A stretch of DNA of 64,000 nt from Clostridia bacterium (lineage in GTDB: Bacteria; Bacillota; Clostridia; Oscillospirales; RGIG8002), in NCBI GenBank assembly GCA_017620395.1, contig JAFZQJ010000018.1, positions 2,016 through 66,015 on the forward strand, read 5' to 3'. Positions 17,050 to 29,374 of this stretch are shown here, piece after piece. Position 1 is the first letter of the stretch. Each line of letters opens with the position of its first letter. Both the position numbers and the translations under genes were made by a program. The notes below the pieces were generated by a model that made no database searches, was not told the DNA's origin, and saw only the letters and a program-made list of their open reading frames with translations.

Positions 17050-17753
17050 TCCGTCAGCTCCAAAAATACTTCTTCAAGGGAGTTGTCGCCCTTGATATCG
17101 GCGGTCGCGCCGCAGGCGATGAGCTCTCCGTTTTTGATTATCGCCATCTTGTTGCATATCTTCTCCGCGACGTCGAGGACGTGGGTGGAGAAGAAGACCG
17201 CGCCGCCGCCGGCGCACAGCTCCGCTATGAGCTCCTTGACGCTGAACGCCGCCTTCGGATCGAGCCCGACGAAGGGCTCGTCCATAATAAGCAGCTTCGG
17301 CGAGTGGATCAGCGCGGAGATTATCACGAGCTTCTGCTTCATTCCGTGCGAATAGGACGAAATGACGCTGCCGAGATCGTCGTAAAGCTCGAGCATACGC
17401 GCGTATTTCTCCGTCCGCTCGGCGCGGTCGGCGGCGGAAACGCCGTATACGTCCGCGACGAAATCAAGGTATTTTATACCCTTCATGTTGGTATAAAGCT
17501 CGGGGTTGTCGGGGATGTAGGCGAACTTGCGCTTGCATTCGACGGGACGCTCCTTCAGCGAAACGCCGTCGATATATATCTCGCCTTCGTCGAAGTCGTG
17601 GACGCCGGCGACCGCCTTTAGCGTGGTCGTTTTGCCCGCGCCGTTGTGGCCGATGAAGCCGAAAACGTCGCCCTTTTCGATATGCAGCGACAGATCCCGC
17701 ACGGCGTAGACGCCTTTTTCGTAGGATTTGGAAAAGTGTTCGATCCTGAGCAT
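17046..17753 (-). CDS. ABC transporter ATP-binding protein
   Basis: Walker A GHNGAGKTT, signature YSHGMKQKL and Walker B LLIMDEP. The start was moved to the ATG at 17753, which is preceded by GGAGG (the ORF track starts at 17789). Confidence 0.9.
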   Translation of the reverse strand: MLRIEHFSKSYEKGVYAVRDLSLHIEKGDVFGFIGHNGAGKTTTLKAVAGVHDFDEGEIYIDGVSLKERPVECKRKFAYIPDNPELYTNMKGIKYLDFVADVYGVSAADRAERTEKYARMLELYDDLGSVISSYSHGMKQKLVIISALIHSPKLLIMDEPFVGLDPKAAFSVKELIAELCAGGGAVFFSTHVLDVAEKICNKMAIIKNGELIACGATADIKGDNSLEEVFLELTE

Positions 17754-17817
17754 ACTGCCTCCTATGAGAAGGAGTGATCCGAGGATCACTCCGTTTTCTA
17801 TCTCTTGTTTGTAAGGA

Positions 17818-18552
17818 TTACTCCATTATTTCGTCTTCGTTCTCGAGGTTGTGGTAGACGTTGATGACGTCGTCGTCGTCATCCAGCATCTCGAGCAGGC
17901 GGCGCATAAGCTTCTGCTCCTCCTCGCCGTTGACGGTGACGTAGTTGGACGGCACCATCTCGCTCTCGGCGGAAAGCACGTTGTAGCCCGCGGCTTCAAG
18001 CCCCTCGCGGACGGCGGTCACGTCGTTCGGCGCGGTGGAGATGACGTAGGCCTCGTCCTCCTCGGCGAAGTCCTCGGCGCCGAGCTCGAGCGCGTCGTCG
18101 AGCGTCTGCTCGCCCTTCGCCTTGTCGGTGACGATGACGCCCTTGGAGGTGAACATCCAGCCGACGCAGCCGGTCTGCCCCATGTTGCCGCCGTTCTTGT
18201 CGAAGCAGTGGCGCACCTCGGACGCGGTGCGGTTTTTGTTATCGGTCAGCGTTTCGACAATGATCGCGACGCCGCAGGGGCCGTAGCCCTCGTAGGTCAG
18301 CTTCTCGTAGTCGGTCTTGTCGTCGCCGCCGGCCGCCTTCTTGATCATGCGGTCGATGTTGTCGTTCGGGACGTTGTTCGACTTCGCCTTCGCGATCAGG
18401 TCGCGCAGCTTGGAGTTCGACGCGGGATCGCCGCCGCCTTCTTTGACCGCGACGGATATCTCTCTGCCTATCTGGGTGAATATCTTGGCGCGGGCGGCGT
18501 CGCCCTTCGCCTTCTTGTGCATTATGTTCTTCCACTTGGAATGTCCGGACAT
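17818..18552 (-). CDS. yebC: YebC/PmpR-family transcriptional regulator
   Basis: MSGHSKWKNIMHKK start, preceded by AGGGAG. The ORF track's N-terminal extension was rejected. Confidence 0.9.
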   Translation of the reverse strand: MSGHSKWKNIMHKKAKGDAARAKIFTQIGREISVAVKEGGGDPASNSKLRDLIAKAKSNNVPNDNIDRMIKKAAGGDDKTDYEKLTYEGYGPCGVAIIVETLTDNKNRTASEVRHCFDKNGGNMGQTGCVGWMFTSKGVIVTDKAKGEQTLDDALELGAEDFAEEDEAYVISTAPNDVTAVREGLEAAGYNVLSAESEMVPSNYVTVNGEEEQKLMRRLLEMLDDDDDVINVYHNLENEDEIME

Positions 18553-18638
18553 ATGAATCTCCCTTTCCGCAATAAAATGCTTCCGTATGATTATACACCA
18601 TACGGAAGCATTATGCAATATTTTTTTGCTATATTATA

Positions 18639-19562
18639 TCAAAGGGGCTCCTTGTTGACGTCGTCGAAGCCCTGACCGAGCACCTCGGTCGCGTGCAGGA
18701 TTATGACGAAGGCGCCTTCGTCGCATTCCTTGACAATCCTGCGGCATTCCTGCACCTGCTGGCGGCGCAGAGCGCACATGATGACGTTCATCGCGTTGTT
18801 GGTGTAACCGCCCGAGCCGCGAAGCACCGTGACGCCTCTGTGAAGGCCGTTCATCAGCGCGGACTTGATGCCGTCGGTGTTGTTGCTGACGATCAGCGCG
18901 ACGCGCGCGACGGAGTTGCCGTCGAGCACCGTGTCGATGACCGTGCTGGTCAGATATACGACTATAAGCGAGAATATCGCGGAGTTCTCCGCGGCGGTGA
19001 CGCCGTTGAGACGGAAGACGACGTAGCCGGCGGCGATTATCACGAGGTCGACGATGAACATCATCCTGCCGAAGGAAACGCCCGGGAACTTCAGGCGCAT
19101 CAACTTCGCCGCGATCTCGGAGCCGCCCGTCGTCGCGCCGCGCAGGAAGATTATCGCGAGGCCTATGCCGCTCGTGACTCCGGCACAGAGCGCCGCGATA
19201 AGCCCGATAGCCGGCTCGTTATTCGTCGGGAAGTATTTGAGGCTCGGGAAGACTTTCGCGATCAGCTCGGTGAATACCGAAACGAGCGTCATCGCGATAA
19301 ACGTCTTTGACACGAACTTGAAGCCGAAGCATGCGAACGCCGCGATGAAAAGCGGCACGTTCAGCACGAAGTACATGATACCTGCGTCCCACCCGACGGT
19401 GTTCTGCAGTATCGACGCGATACCGGAAACGCCGCCCGGAACGATCCTGTGCGGCAGGATAAACACGTTCATGGAGAGCGAATACACGATGGCTCCGACA
19501 ACAAAATACGCGATATCGACTATCCCGGTCTTTTTGTTGAGTATCTTATCGAGTTTGTTCAT
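18639..19562 (-). CDS. YitT-family membrane protein (with a DUF2179 C-terminal domain)
   Basis: Multiple TM spans and a C-terminal soluble domain (VTVLRGSGGYT...AFVIILHATEVLG) typical of YitT proteins. Confidence 0.8.
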   Translation of the reverse strand: MNKLDKILNKKTGIVDIAYFVVGAIVYSLSMNVFILPHRIVPGGVSGIASILQNTVGWDAGIMYFVLNVPLFIAAFACFGFKFVSKTFIAMTLVSVFTELIAKVFPSLKYFPTNNEPAIGLIAALCAGVTSGIGLAIIFLRGATTGGSEIAAKLMRLKFPGVSFGRMMFIVDLVIIAAGYVVFRLNGVTAAENSAIFSLIVVYLTSTVIDTVLDGNSVARVALIVSNNTDGIKSALMNGLHRGVTVLRGSGGYTNNAMNVIMCALRRQQVQECRRIVKECDEGAFVIILHATEVLGQGFDDVNKEPL

Positions 19563-19599
19563 TTCGACCTTCCTTTTCGGAATGAAATAATAATCTATT

Positions 19600-22560
<2,961 letters not shown>

Positions 22561-22630
22561 CCTGTCGTTTTACATAGTTTGCGGCTGCCTTGAAACGGGC
22601 AGCCGCCGAAATTATGGTTTTTTCTCCCGA

Positions 22631-23827
22631 TTATTCCTCGGGGCGATTGCGCTTGTTGACTATGTCCATTACCGCCTGGAAGTCGGTGAAGGAGATGTCG
22701 TCGTTGTCCTCAGCCTTCGGCTTCGGGGCGCGTGGCGCGGGAGCCGGAGCCGGCGCCGGAGCGGGCGCGGCAGGCTGAGCGGCGCTCTTGCCGCCCATCG
22801 AGAAAACGAAAGGAGAGGTCAGATCCTCGAACGGATCGACGTAGGACGAAGAGGAGGAAACGGACGCTCCGCCGCTGAAGCCGGTGGCTATGACGGTCAC
22901 GCGCATTTCGTCTTCCATATTCTCGTCGACGGTATAGCCCCAGATGATGTTCGCGGAAGGGTGAGCCGCTTCCTTGATCATATTCGCGGCGGTCTCGACG
23001 TCGTCAAGCGAAATATCGGGCGAGGCGGCGAAGTTGAGGATGACGCCTCTCGCTCCGTTGATCGAGGTCTCGAGCAGCGGAGAGGAGATCGCGGCCTTCG
23101 CGGCCTCGACGGCCTTCTCCGGACCGGTGGCGTGGCCGACGCCCATATGCGCCAGGCCTGCGTCCTTCATGACCGCGCAGACGTCCGCGAAGTCGAGGTT
23201 TATCAGCGCGTCGGGCAGCTTGATGAGGTCCGAAACGCTCTGTATGCCCTGACGGAGAATGTCGTCCGCCATATCGAACGCGTTGAGAAGGGTTATCTTC
23301 TGATCGCTGACGAGCTTGAGCCTGTCGTTGGGAACGACGACGAGGGAATCGACGTGCTCCATGAGCGCGTTGATGCCCATCTCTGCCTGACTCATCTTAT
23401 ACGAGCCTTCAAAGCCGAAGGGCTTGGTCACGATCGCGACGGTGAGTACGCCCATTTCCTTGGCGACCTCCGCGATGACCGGAGACGCGCCCGTGCCGGT
23501 GCCGCCGCCCATTCCGGCGGTGATGAACACCATCTGCGCTCCGCGCAGGGCGTTGGCGATCTCCTCGCGGCTTTCCTCGGCGGAACGCTGTCCCTTTTCG
23601 GCGTCGGCGCCCGCGCCTCTGCCCATCGTCGTCTTCGCGCCTATCTGGATCTTGGTGGGCGCCTTCGACTTGAGGAGCGCCTGCGCGTCCGTATTCACGG
23701 CAACGTATTCAACGCTCTCCACGCCGGATTTGATCATACGGTTGACGGCGTTGCCGCCGCCTCCGCCGACACCCACGCACTTTATGCATACTATCTGTTC
23801 ATCGTCGTTGATAAGTTCCATCGCCAT
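22631..23827 (-). CDS. ftsZ: Cell division protein FtsZ
   Basis: VGVGGGGGNAVNRM and the tubulin signature GMGGGTGTGASPV. The C-terminal linker has an (AP)n run. Confidence 0.96.
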   Translation of the reverse strand: MAMELINDDEQIVCIKCVGVGGGGGNAVNRMIKSGVESVEYVAVNTDAQALLKSKAPTKIQIGAKTTMGRGAGADAEKGQRSAEESREEIANALRGAQMVFITAGMGGGTGTGASPVIAEVAKEMGVLTVAIVTKPFGFEGSYKMSQAEMGINALMEHVDSLVVVPNDRLKLVSDQKITLLNAFDMADDILRQGIQSVSDLIKLPDALINLDFADVCAVMKDAGLAHMGVGHATGPEKAVEAAKAAISSPLLETSINGARGVILNFAASPDISLDDVETAANMIKEAAHPSANIIWGYTVDENMEDEMRVTVIATGFSGGASVSSSSSYVDPFEDLTSPFVFSMGGKSAAQPAAPAPAPAPAPAPRAPKPKAEDNDDISFTDFQAVMDIVNKRNRPEE

Positions 23828-23857
23828 TACCGAGAACCTCCCGTTTATTATAGTTTA

Positions 23858-24724
23858 TTATTCGCTTCCTTCGCTCTCGCCTTCAGACGAGCCCTCGCTT
23901 TCTTCGGGAGCGCTTTCCTCCGACGAGGAAGGCGATCCTCTGCCCGCGTAGAGCTTGTCCCCCGACGTGACGTCGACGGTCCACTCGCCCACCGAGGGGA
24001 GAGAACCGTTGATCCACGTCTTGACCATCCGCACCTTGTAATCGAGGTCGGAATCGCCGCCGAGCTTGGCGGTAACTCTGCCCTCGAGCTTCATATTTAC
24101 GCTTATCGGACTGGTGAAGACGATACTATCGATGTTTATTATATCATTTTCTTTCAGTATCGTCAATAAGTCAAGCAATATTTTTTCCGAAATCTCGGAA
24201 TCCGCCTTCGCGGTCTCCCCTTCGTCCGTAATATCGAGCGTAATTCCGCTCAAAACCGGCGTCGTTTCCGGCTCGACGGAGGTTATCTCCATAACGCGCA
24301 GATCCTCCGAAAGCAGCGCCCAGCGGTGCTCCCCTATAAGGTAGCGGCAGGACGGCTCCGTTTCCGTTACCTTCAGGGTGACTGTCGACGGAAGCTCGCG
24401 AATGACCTGCACGTCGGATACGTAAGGCAGCGCCTTGAGTATCTTCTCTTTGATGCCGGATTTGCTCATCCGCAGCAGGTTGTCGCCCTTCTCGATACCG
24501 GACGCCTTCACTATCTGCTCTTCGGTGTAGCGGCTGTTGCCGCCCACCTTTATCCGCGACGTGTTGAAAAAGACTGTCAGCGACAGGATAAGACAAACGA
24601 CGCAGACCAAAAGCAGCAGTACGAGATATACCGCCGTCTTGCGTCTGCGCCTGTATTTCTTTTTGCGTCTGGCGTTATACTCCCGAAGCTTCTCGGAAGC
24701 GGCCGCCTGCGTGCGCTGTTTCAT
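23858..24724 (-). CDS. ftsQ: FtsQ/DivIB-type cell division protein
   Basis: Basic N-terminus, a single TM span (VYLVLLLLVCVVCLILSLTVFF), a POTRA-like segment (IKVGGNSRYTEEQI) and an acidic Ser/Glu tail. It overlaps the murA2 3' end by 50 nt. Confidence 0.75.
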   Translation of the reverse strand: MKQRTQAAASEKLREYNARRKKKYRRRRKTAVYLVLLLLVCVVCLILSLTVFFNTSRIKVGGNSRYTEEQIVKASGIEKGDNLLRMSKSGIKEKILKALPYVSDVQVIRELPSTVTLKVTETEPSCRYLIGEHRWALLSEDLRVMEITSVEPETTPVLSGITLDITDEGETAKADSEISEKILLDLLTILKENDIINIDSIVFTSPISVNMKLEGRVTAKLGGDSDLDYKVRMVKTWINGSLPSVGEWTVDVTSGDKLYAGRGSPSSSEESAPEESEGSSEGESEGSE

Positions 24725-25979
24725 TTTTCACGTTCCCGTATATTTTTGCGCCTGCGGCGGCGAACGCCGCTTCGACGCTTTCGTATCCTCTGTCTATATG
24801 CTCAGTTCCCGATATGACGCTCACGCCCTTCGCGCCGAGCGCGGCTGCGACCAGCGCCGCTCCGCCGCGCAGATCCGTGCAGGCGGCCTCCGCGCCGGTG
24901 AGGAACGGCTTTCCGCGGATGACCGCGAGCGAACCGTCGTATTTCACGTCCGCGCCGAGCTTCGCCAGCTCGCGCAGGTAGCGGAAGCGGCCGCCGAAGA
25001 CGGTCTCGTTTATCACGCTGACGCCGTCCGCGAAGGCGAGCGCCGCCGCGAGAAGCGGCTGGGCGTCCGTCGGGAAGCCCGGGTAGGGCGCGGTGCGCGC
25101 GAAGCGCACGGCCTTCAGCCTATCCGGCGCCGTCACGGTAAGACCGCCGCCGGACTCGCGGAAGCGGCATCCCGCTTCCGAAAAGGCGGATATCACCGCC
25201 GTCATATGCTCCGGCTCCGCGCCGCGAAGCGTAAGCTCCGAGCCCGTCGCGGCCGCCGCGGCGATGTACGTGGCCGCGGCTATCCGGTCGGGTATACAGG
25301 TATGCTCGCAGTCGCCGAGGGCTTCGACGCCGTCGATCACGACGACTTCGCCGCCGGCTCCGCTTATCCTGCCGCCCTTCGCGTTTATGAAATCCGCGAG
25401 CTCGGTTATCTCCGGCTCCCTCGCCGCTCCGACCAGCACAGTCCTGCCCTTCGCGGTCGAAGCCGCTATGACGGCGTTCTCGGTCGCGCCGACGCTGGGA
25501 TAAGGAAGCACGATCTCGGCTCCCTTCAGCCGCCCCGCGCATTCGCAGATCACAAGCCCGCGGCTTTCGGATATATCCGCGCCGAGCAGGCGCATCGCTT
25601 TGAGATGAAGGTCTATCGGGCGCGGACCGAGCTCGCATCCGCCGGGAGCGGAAACGACCGCCCTGCCGCAGCGCGCGAGCACCGCGCCGAGGAATATCAC
25701 CGACGACCGCATCCGGCGCATCAGCTCCGGCGGGATGTCGCATCGCGGGACGCGGGCGGCGTCCACGGTCACGGTTTCGCCGTCGCGTTCGGCTTCGCAG
25801 CCAAGCATGCGCAGTATTTCAACGGAGCTGCCGGTATCGGCCAGGCGCGGACAGTTATGTATCACGCTCCTGCCGCCGAGTACGGACGCGGCAAGCACCG
25901 GCAGCGCGCCGTTTTTCGCGCCCTGAACGCTTACCTCTCCGTGAAGCTTATTTCCGCCGTCAATAACAAGAGTTCCCAT
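24675..25979 (-). CDS. murA: UDP-N-acetylglucosamine 1-carboxyvinyltransferase (copy 2)
   Basis: GAKNGALP and PGGCELGPRPIDLH. The start is at the ATG at 25979, 6 nt after GGAGG. Confidence 0.9.
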   Translation of the reverse strand: MGTLVIDGGNKLHGEVSVQGAKNGALPVLAASVLGGRSVIHNCPRLADTGSSVEILRMLGCEAERDGETVTVDAARVPRCDIPPELMRRMRSSVIFLGAVLARCGRAVVSAPGGCELGPRPIDLHLKAMRLLGADISESRGLVICECAGRLKGAEIVLPYPSVGATENAVIAASTAKGRTVLVGAAREPEITELADFINAKGGRISGAGGEVVVIDGVEALGDCEHTCIPDRIAAATYIAAAAATGSELTLRGAEPEHMTAVISAFSEAGCRFRESGGGLTVTAPDRLKAVRFARTAPYPGFPTDAQPLLAAALAFADGVSVINETVFGGRFRYLRELAKLGADVKYDGSLAVIRGKPFLTGAEAACTDLRGGAALVAAALGAKGVSVISGTEHIDRGYESVEAAFAAAGAKIYGNVKNETAHAGGRFREASGV

Positions 25980-26045
25980 CCGCGACCTCCGAAAAAGCAT
26001 TTACGTGCCATTCTATGCCTTTCCGGAAGCGGGAGTGAAGCGCCG

Positions 26046-27164
26046 TTATTTGCCGGCTCTCTCCAGTTCGGAGATTATGCAGTCGAAAACCCGCTCGCCG
26101 TAGTCGTAAACGGCGGCTTTTTTCAGGTTTTCGGTCATTTCGTTTCTTTTCGCGTTATCGAAGATGACGGTCTCGAGTCCGTCCTCGAGCGCCTTGCAGT
26201 TGTAGTCCTTGTCGTCGACGAGGATCGCCGCGCCGGCGTCCGCGAGGTGCTTGGCGTTGTGGAACTGGTGGTTATCCGTAACGTTCGGCGACGGAATGAT
26301 TATCGCGGGCTTGCCGGCCGCGCTCATCTCCGCGAGGGAGCTCGCGCCGCAGCGGCAGACGACCGCGTCGCAGGCGGTCATATACTTCGGCATATCCTTT
26401 ATGTACTCGAAGACGCGGATGCTCCCGCCCGTTTCGACGCCCGCGTCGTCGAGCGCCTTCATGAACTCTTCGTAGTAAAACTTGCCGATGCCGTGTACTA
26501 TCTGTATTTTTTCTTCCTTGTGGTGTCTGATTATGTAGGCGAGCATCGCGTCGTTGATCGTGCGTGCGCCGAGGCTGCCGCCCGAGCAGAGCAGCAGCGG
26601 ACGGTCGTCGAAGCCGAGCTCGCGGCGGCACTCCGCCTTGTCGAGCTTCAGCAGGTCCTCGTAGATAGGCACGCCCGTGACCACGCTGCGCGTTCCCTGC
26701 GGCAGCTGCGCGGCGGCCTCCGGGAAGGTCAGCATGACCGCGGAGGCGTACTTCGCGGCGAGCTTCGTCGTCATGCCGGCGACGGCGTTCTGCTCGTGGA
26801 TGAGGCAGGGTATGCCGAGCTTGTGCGCGGCGAGCAGCGTCGGGCCGCTGACGTAGCCGCCCATGCCGACGACGATATCCGGCTTGAACTCCTTATATAT
26901 CTTCTTGCACCTGCGGCGCGAGGTGAATATGCGGCGGAGCGTGCCGAAATTATAGGGCGAAAGACTGCGTCTGAAGCCCCTGATGTCTATAAATTCGATT
27001 TTGAAGCCCGCTTCGGGAACGAGCTTCGCCTCGATGTGGTTTTCCGTGCCGATGAAGAGTATTTCCGCGTCGGGCATGCGGCGCTTGATGTACTTCGCCG
27101 CAGCGATCGCGGGGTTGATGTGGCCGGAGGTGCCTCCGCCGGCGAAAACTATCCTCATTTTCAT
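26046..27164 (-). CDS. murG: Undecaprenyldiphospho-muramoylpentapeptide beta-N-acetylglucosaminyltransferase
   Basis: GGTSGHINPAIA N-terminal motif and position in the dcw cluster. Confidence 0.93.
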   Translation of the reverse strand: MKMRIVFAGGGTSGHINPAIAAAKYIKRRMPDAEILFIGTENHIEAKLVPEAGFKIEFIDIRGFRRSLSPYNFGTLRRIFTSRRRCKKIYKEFKPDIVVGMGGYVSGPTLLAAHKLGIPCLIHEQNAVAGMTTKLAAKYASAVMLTFPEAAAQLPQGTRSVVTGVPIYEDLLKLDKAECRRELGFDDRPLLLCSGGSLGARTINDAMLAYIIRHHKEEKIQIVHGIGKFYYEEFMKALDDAGVETGGSIRVFEYIKDMPKYMTACDAVVCRCGASSLAEMSAAGKPAIIIPSPNVTDNHQFHNAKHLADAGAAILVDDKDYNCKALEDGLETVIFDNAKRNEMTENLKKAAVYDYGERVFDCIISELERAGK

Positions 27165-28354
27165 CTTCCTTCCGTTGTTGTCCTTCGCGCCAGGGCGCTC
27201 CCGCGCCGCGGGTTCGAAGCGCCCTCGGGCGAGCCGGAATAGCGCGATATGTTCAGCACGACGCCCATTTCAAGCAGCAGCAGGACGAGCGAGGTGCCGC
27301 CGTAGCTGAAGAACGGGAGCGAGATGCCCGTGCTTGGGATCGCGTTGCTGACGACGGCGATATTGAGCAGCGTCTGCGCGCCGACCTGCGTCATTACGCC
27401 GACGCAGATGAGGCAGCCGAACTTATCCTCCGCTTTCAGCGCGATGCGGAAGCCGCGCCAGACGAGCAGCGCGAACAGCAGGATTATCACCACCGCCCCG
27501 ATGAAGCCGAGCTCCTCGCAGGCGATTGAGAAAATATAGTCGTTATGCGCCTCCGGCAGGTAGCCGTATTTCTGCTGGGAGTTGCCCAGTCCGAGCCCCA
27601 TGAGTCCGCCTGAGCCGATTGCGTAGAGCGACTGGATTATCTGATAGCCCTCCCCCTGCGGATCCGACCACGGATCGAGCCACGCGTTGACGCGCTTGCC
27701 CATATAGCTCGTCATGCTCACGACAAGCACGACGAGCAGCAGGACTACGAGAAAACACAGCAGCAGGTGCTTCCAGTTCGCGCCGCCGACGAAGACCATT
27801 ACCGCGCCGATAACGACGAGCAGCACCGCGCCCGAAAGATGCGGTTCGATCATGACGAGCAGCGAGAAAACGCCGGTTATCCCGAGCGGTATCAGTATCC
27901 CGTAGGTGAAGTTCGTCATCTTGTCGTAGTATTTGGTTATGACGTGCGCGAGCAGCAGGATCATGCCGATCTTCGCGATCTCGGACGGCTGAAAGCGGAG
28001 GCCGAGATAGATCCAGCGCCTCGCGCCGTTGACGGTGACTCCCATCGGGAAGACGAGTATGAGCAGCAGCAGCGAGACGCCCGCCGCCACCACCGAAAGC
28101 CTGCGGTAGAACCTGTAGTTGAACCGCGAGGCGACGAGCATCGCGCCGACGCCGAGCAGCGCGGCGATGAGCTGCCTTTTGATGTAGTACATGCTGTCGC
28201 CCTCGTCGGCGAGTCCCGCGGCGTAGCTCGCGGAGAACAGCATTACCAGACCGCTGATAAGCACAAGGATAACGAGCACGAGGAACGGCAGATCCAGCGG
28301 CGGAAGCTTTTCTTTATTCAGTTTTTCGGCTTTCGCGACCGCGGAAGTTCCCAT
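27161..28354 (-). CDS. ftsW: SEDS-family peptidoglycan glycosyltransferase FtsW/SpoVE
   Basis: Multi-TM protein with LPEAHNDYIFS and GISLPFFSYGGTS motifs. Confidence 0.9.
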   Translation of the reverse strand: MGTSAVAKAEKLNKEKLPPLDLPFLVLVILVLISGLVMLFSASYAAGLADEGDSMYYIKRQLIAALLGVGAMLVASRFNYRFYRRLSVVAAGVSLLLLILVFPMGVTVNGARRWIYLGLRFQPSEIAKIGMILLLAHVITKYYDKMTNFTYGILIPLGITGVFSLLVMIEPHLSGAVLLVVIGAVMVFVGGANWKHLLLCFLVVLLLVVLVVSMTSYMGKRVNAWLDPWSDPQGEGYQIIQSLYAIGSGGLMGLGLGNSQQKYGYLPEAHNDYIFSIACEELGFIGAVVIILLFALLVWRGFRIALKAEDKFGCLICVGVMTQVGAQTLLNIAVVSNAIPSTGISLPFFSYGGTSLVLLLLEMGVVLNISRYSGSPEGASNPRRGSALARRTTTEGR

Positions 28355-28363
28355 ACCTGCCCC

Positions 28364-29353
28364 TTAAAGCTTAACGAAGTACACCCACAGGAACGCGCCC
28401 GCGCAGAAAAGCAGGGTGATCCCCATGGCGGTGAAGACGATCCGTATCTCGGACCAGCCCTTTTTCTCAAAATGGTGGTGTATCGGCGCCATCAGGAAGA
28501 CGCGGCGCTTCGTGCGCTTGTAGTGCAGCACCTGAATGACGTCGGAGAGTATCTCTATCATATAAACGACGCCGACGATAAGGAATACCAGCGGCATCTT
28601 CAGCGCAAAGCAGAGCGTGCCGACAAGTCCGCCGAGGAAGAGCGAGCCGGTGTCGCCCATAAACACCTTCGCCGGGTAGAAGTTCCAGACGAGGAAGCCC
28701 ATCATGCCCGCGGCAAGCGCGGCGGCGAGTATCGAATAGCCCTCCAGCCTGAAGGCCGAGGCGGTCAGCAGAAGGAAAACTCCGACGATCCACGTAACGC
28801 CGGAGGCGAGTCCGTCGAGCCCGTCCGTTATGTTGACGGCGTTGACTATGCCGACCATCGCGATAACGGTCAGCGGATATATTGCCCATCCGATGTCAAC
28901 GCTGAGCTTCGTGAACGGGATATCTATCTGCGAGGAGAGCAGGCCGCTGAGCGCCATCGAAACGGTGAACGCTATCGCGGCGGCGAACTGCAGGAAAAGC
29001 TTCTGTTTGACGGTCACGCCGAGGTTCTGCTTCTTCGATACCTTGATGAAATCGTCGATAAAGCCCACCAACCCGAAAAGCAGGGCGGTGAGTCCGCAGT
29101 AGATTATGCCGTATTTTTCACCGCCGTCCGCGGCCTTGCTGAGCGCGAACGGTACGGCGGCTCCGATGCCGAGGATGAACATGACGCCGCCCATCGTGGG
29201 AGTGCCCTGCTTCTTCTCGTGCCAGGTCGGGCCGTCCTCGCGGATCGACTGCCCGAAGCGCAGTCTGCGGAGCAGCGGTATAAGCACGAGTCCGCTCAGC
29301 GCGGTGACCGCGAAGCTCAGACACGCTGCGATAACGATATAATAATCACTCAT
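28364..29353 (-). CDS. mraY: Phospho-N-acetylmuramoyl-pentapeptide transferase
   Basis: NAVNITDGLDGLA, MGDTGSLFLGG and APIHHHFE motifs. Confidence 0.95.
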   Translation of the reverse strand: MSDYYIVIAACLSFAVTALSGLVLIPLLRRLRFGQSIREDGPTWHEKKQGTPTMGGVMFILGIGAAVPFALSKAADGGEKYGIIYCGLTALLFGLVGFIDDFIKVSKKQNLGVTVKQKLFLQFAAAIAFTVSMALSGLLSSQIDIPFTKLSVDIGWAIYPLTVIAMVGIVNAVNITDGLDGLASGVTWIVGVFLLLTASAFRLEGYSILAAALAAGMMGFLVWNFYPAKVFMGDTGSLFLGGLVGTLCFALKMPLVFLIVGVVYMIEILSDVIQVLHYKRTKRRVFLMAPIHHHFEKKGWSEIRIVFTAMGITLLFCAGAFLWVYFVKL

Positions 29354-29374
29354 CGCGATTCCTCTCTCTTCCGT

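Noticed and set aside
24537-27242. 901-aa plus-strand ORF. Similar long antisense ORFs occur at 27767-29734, 30812-32230, 32234-34375, 35000-36223, 38131-39507, 41817-43190, 43127-45148, 45445-47073 and 47226-48623.
   Set aside because: All lie opposite strongly supported genes (murA2/murG, ftsW/mraY, murE, the PBP gene, rsmH, hyd genes and the esterases). They have low-complexity Arg/Gly/Ala-rich translations and are artefacts of G+C-rich codon usage.
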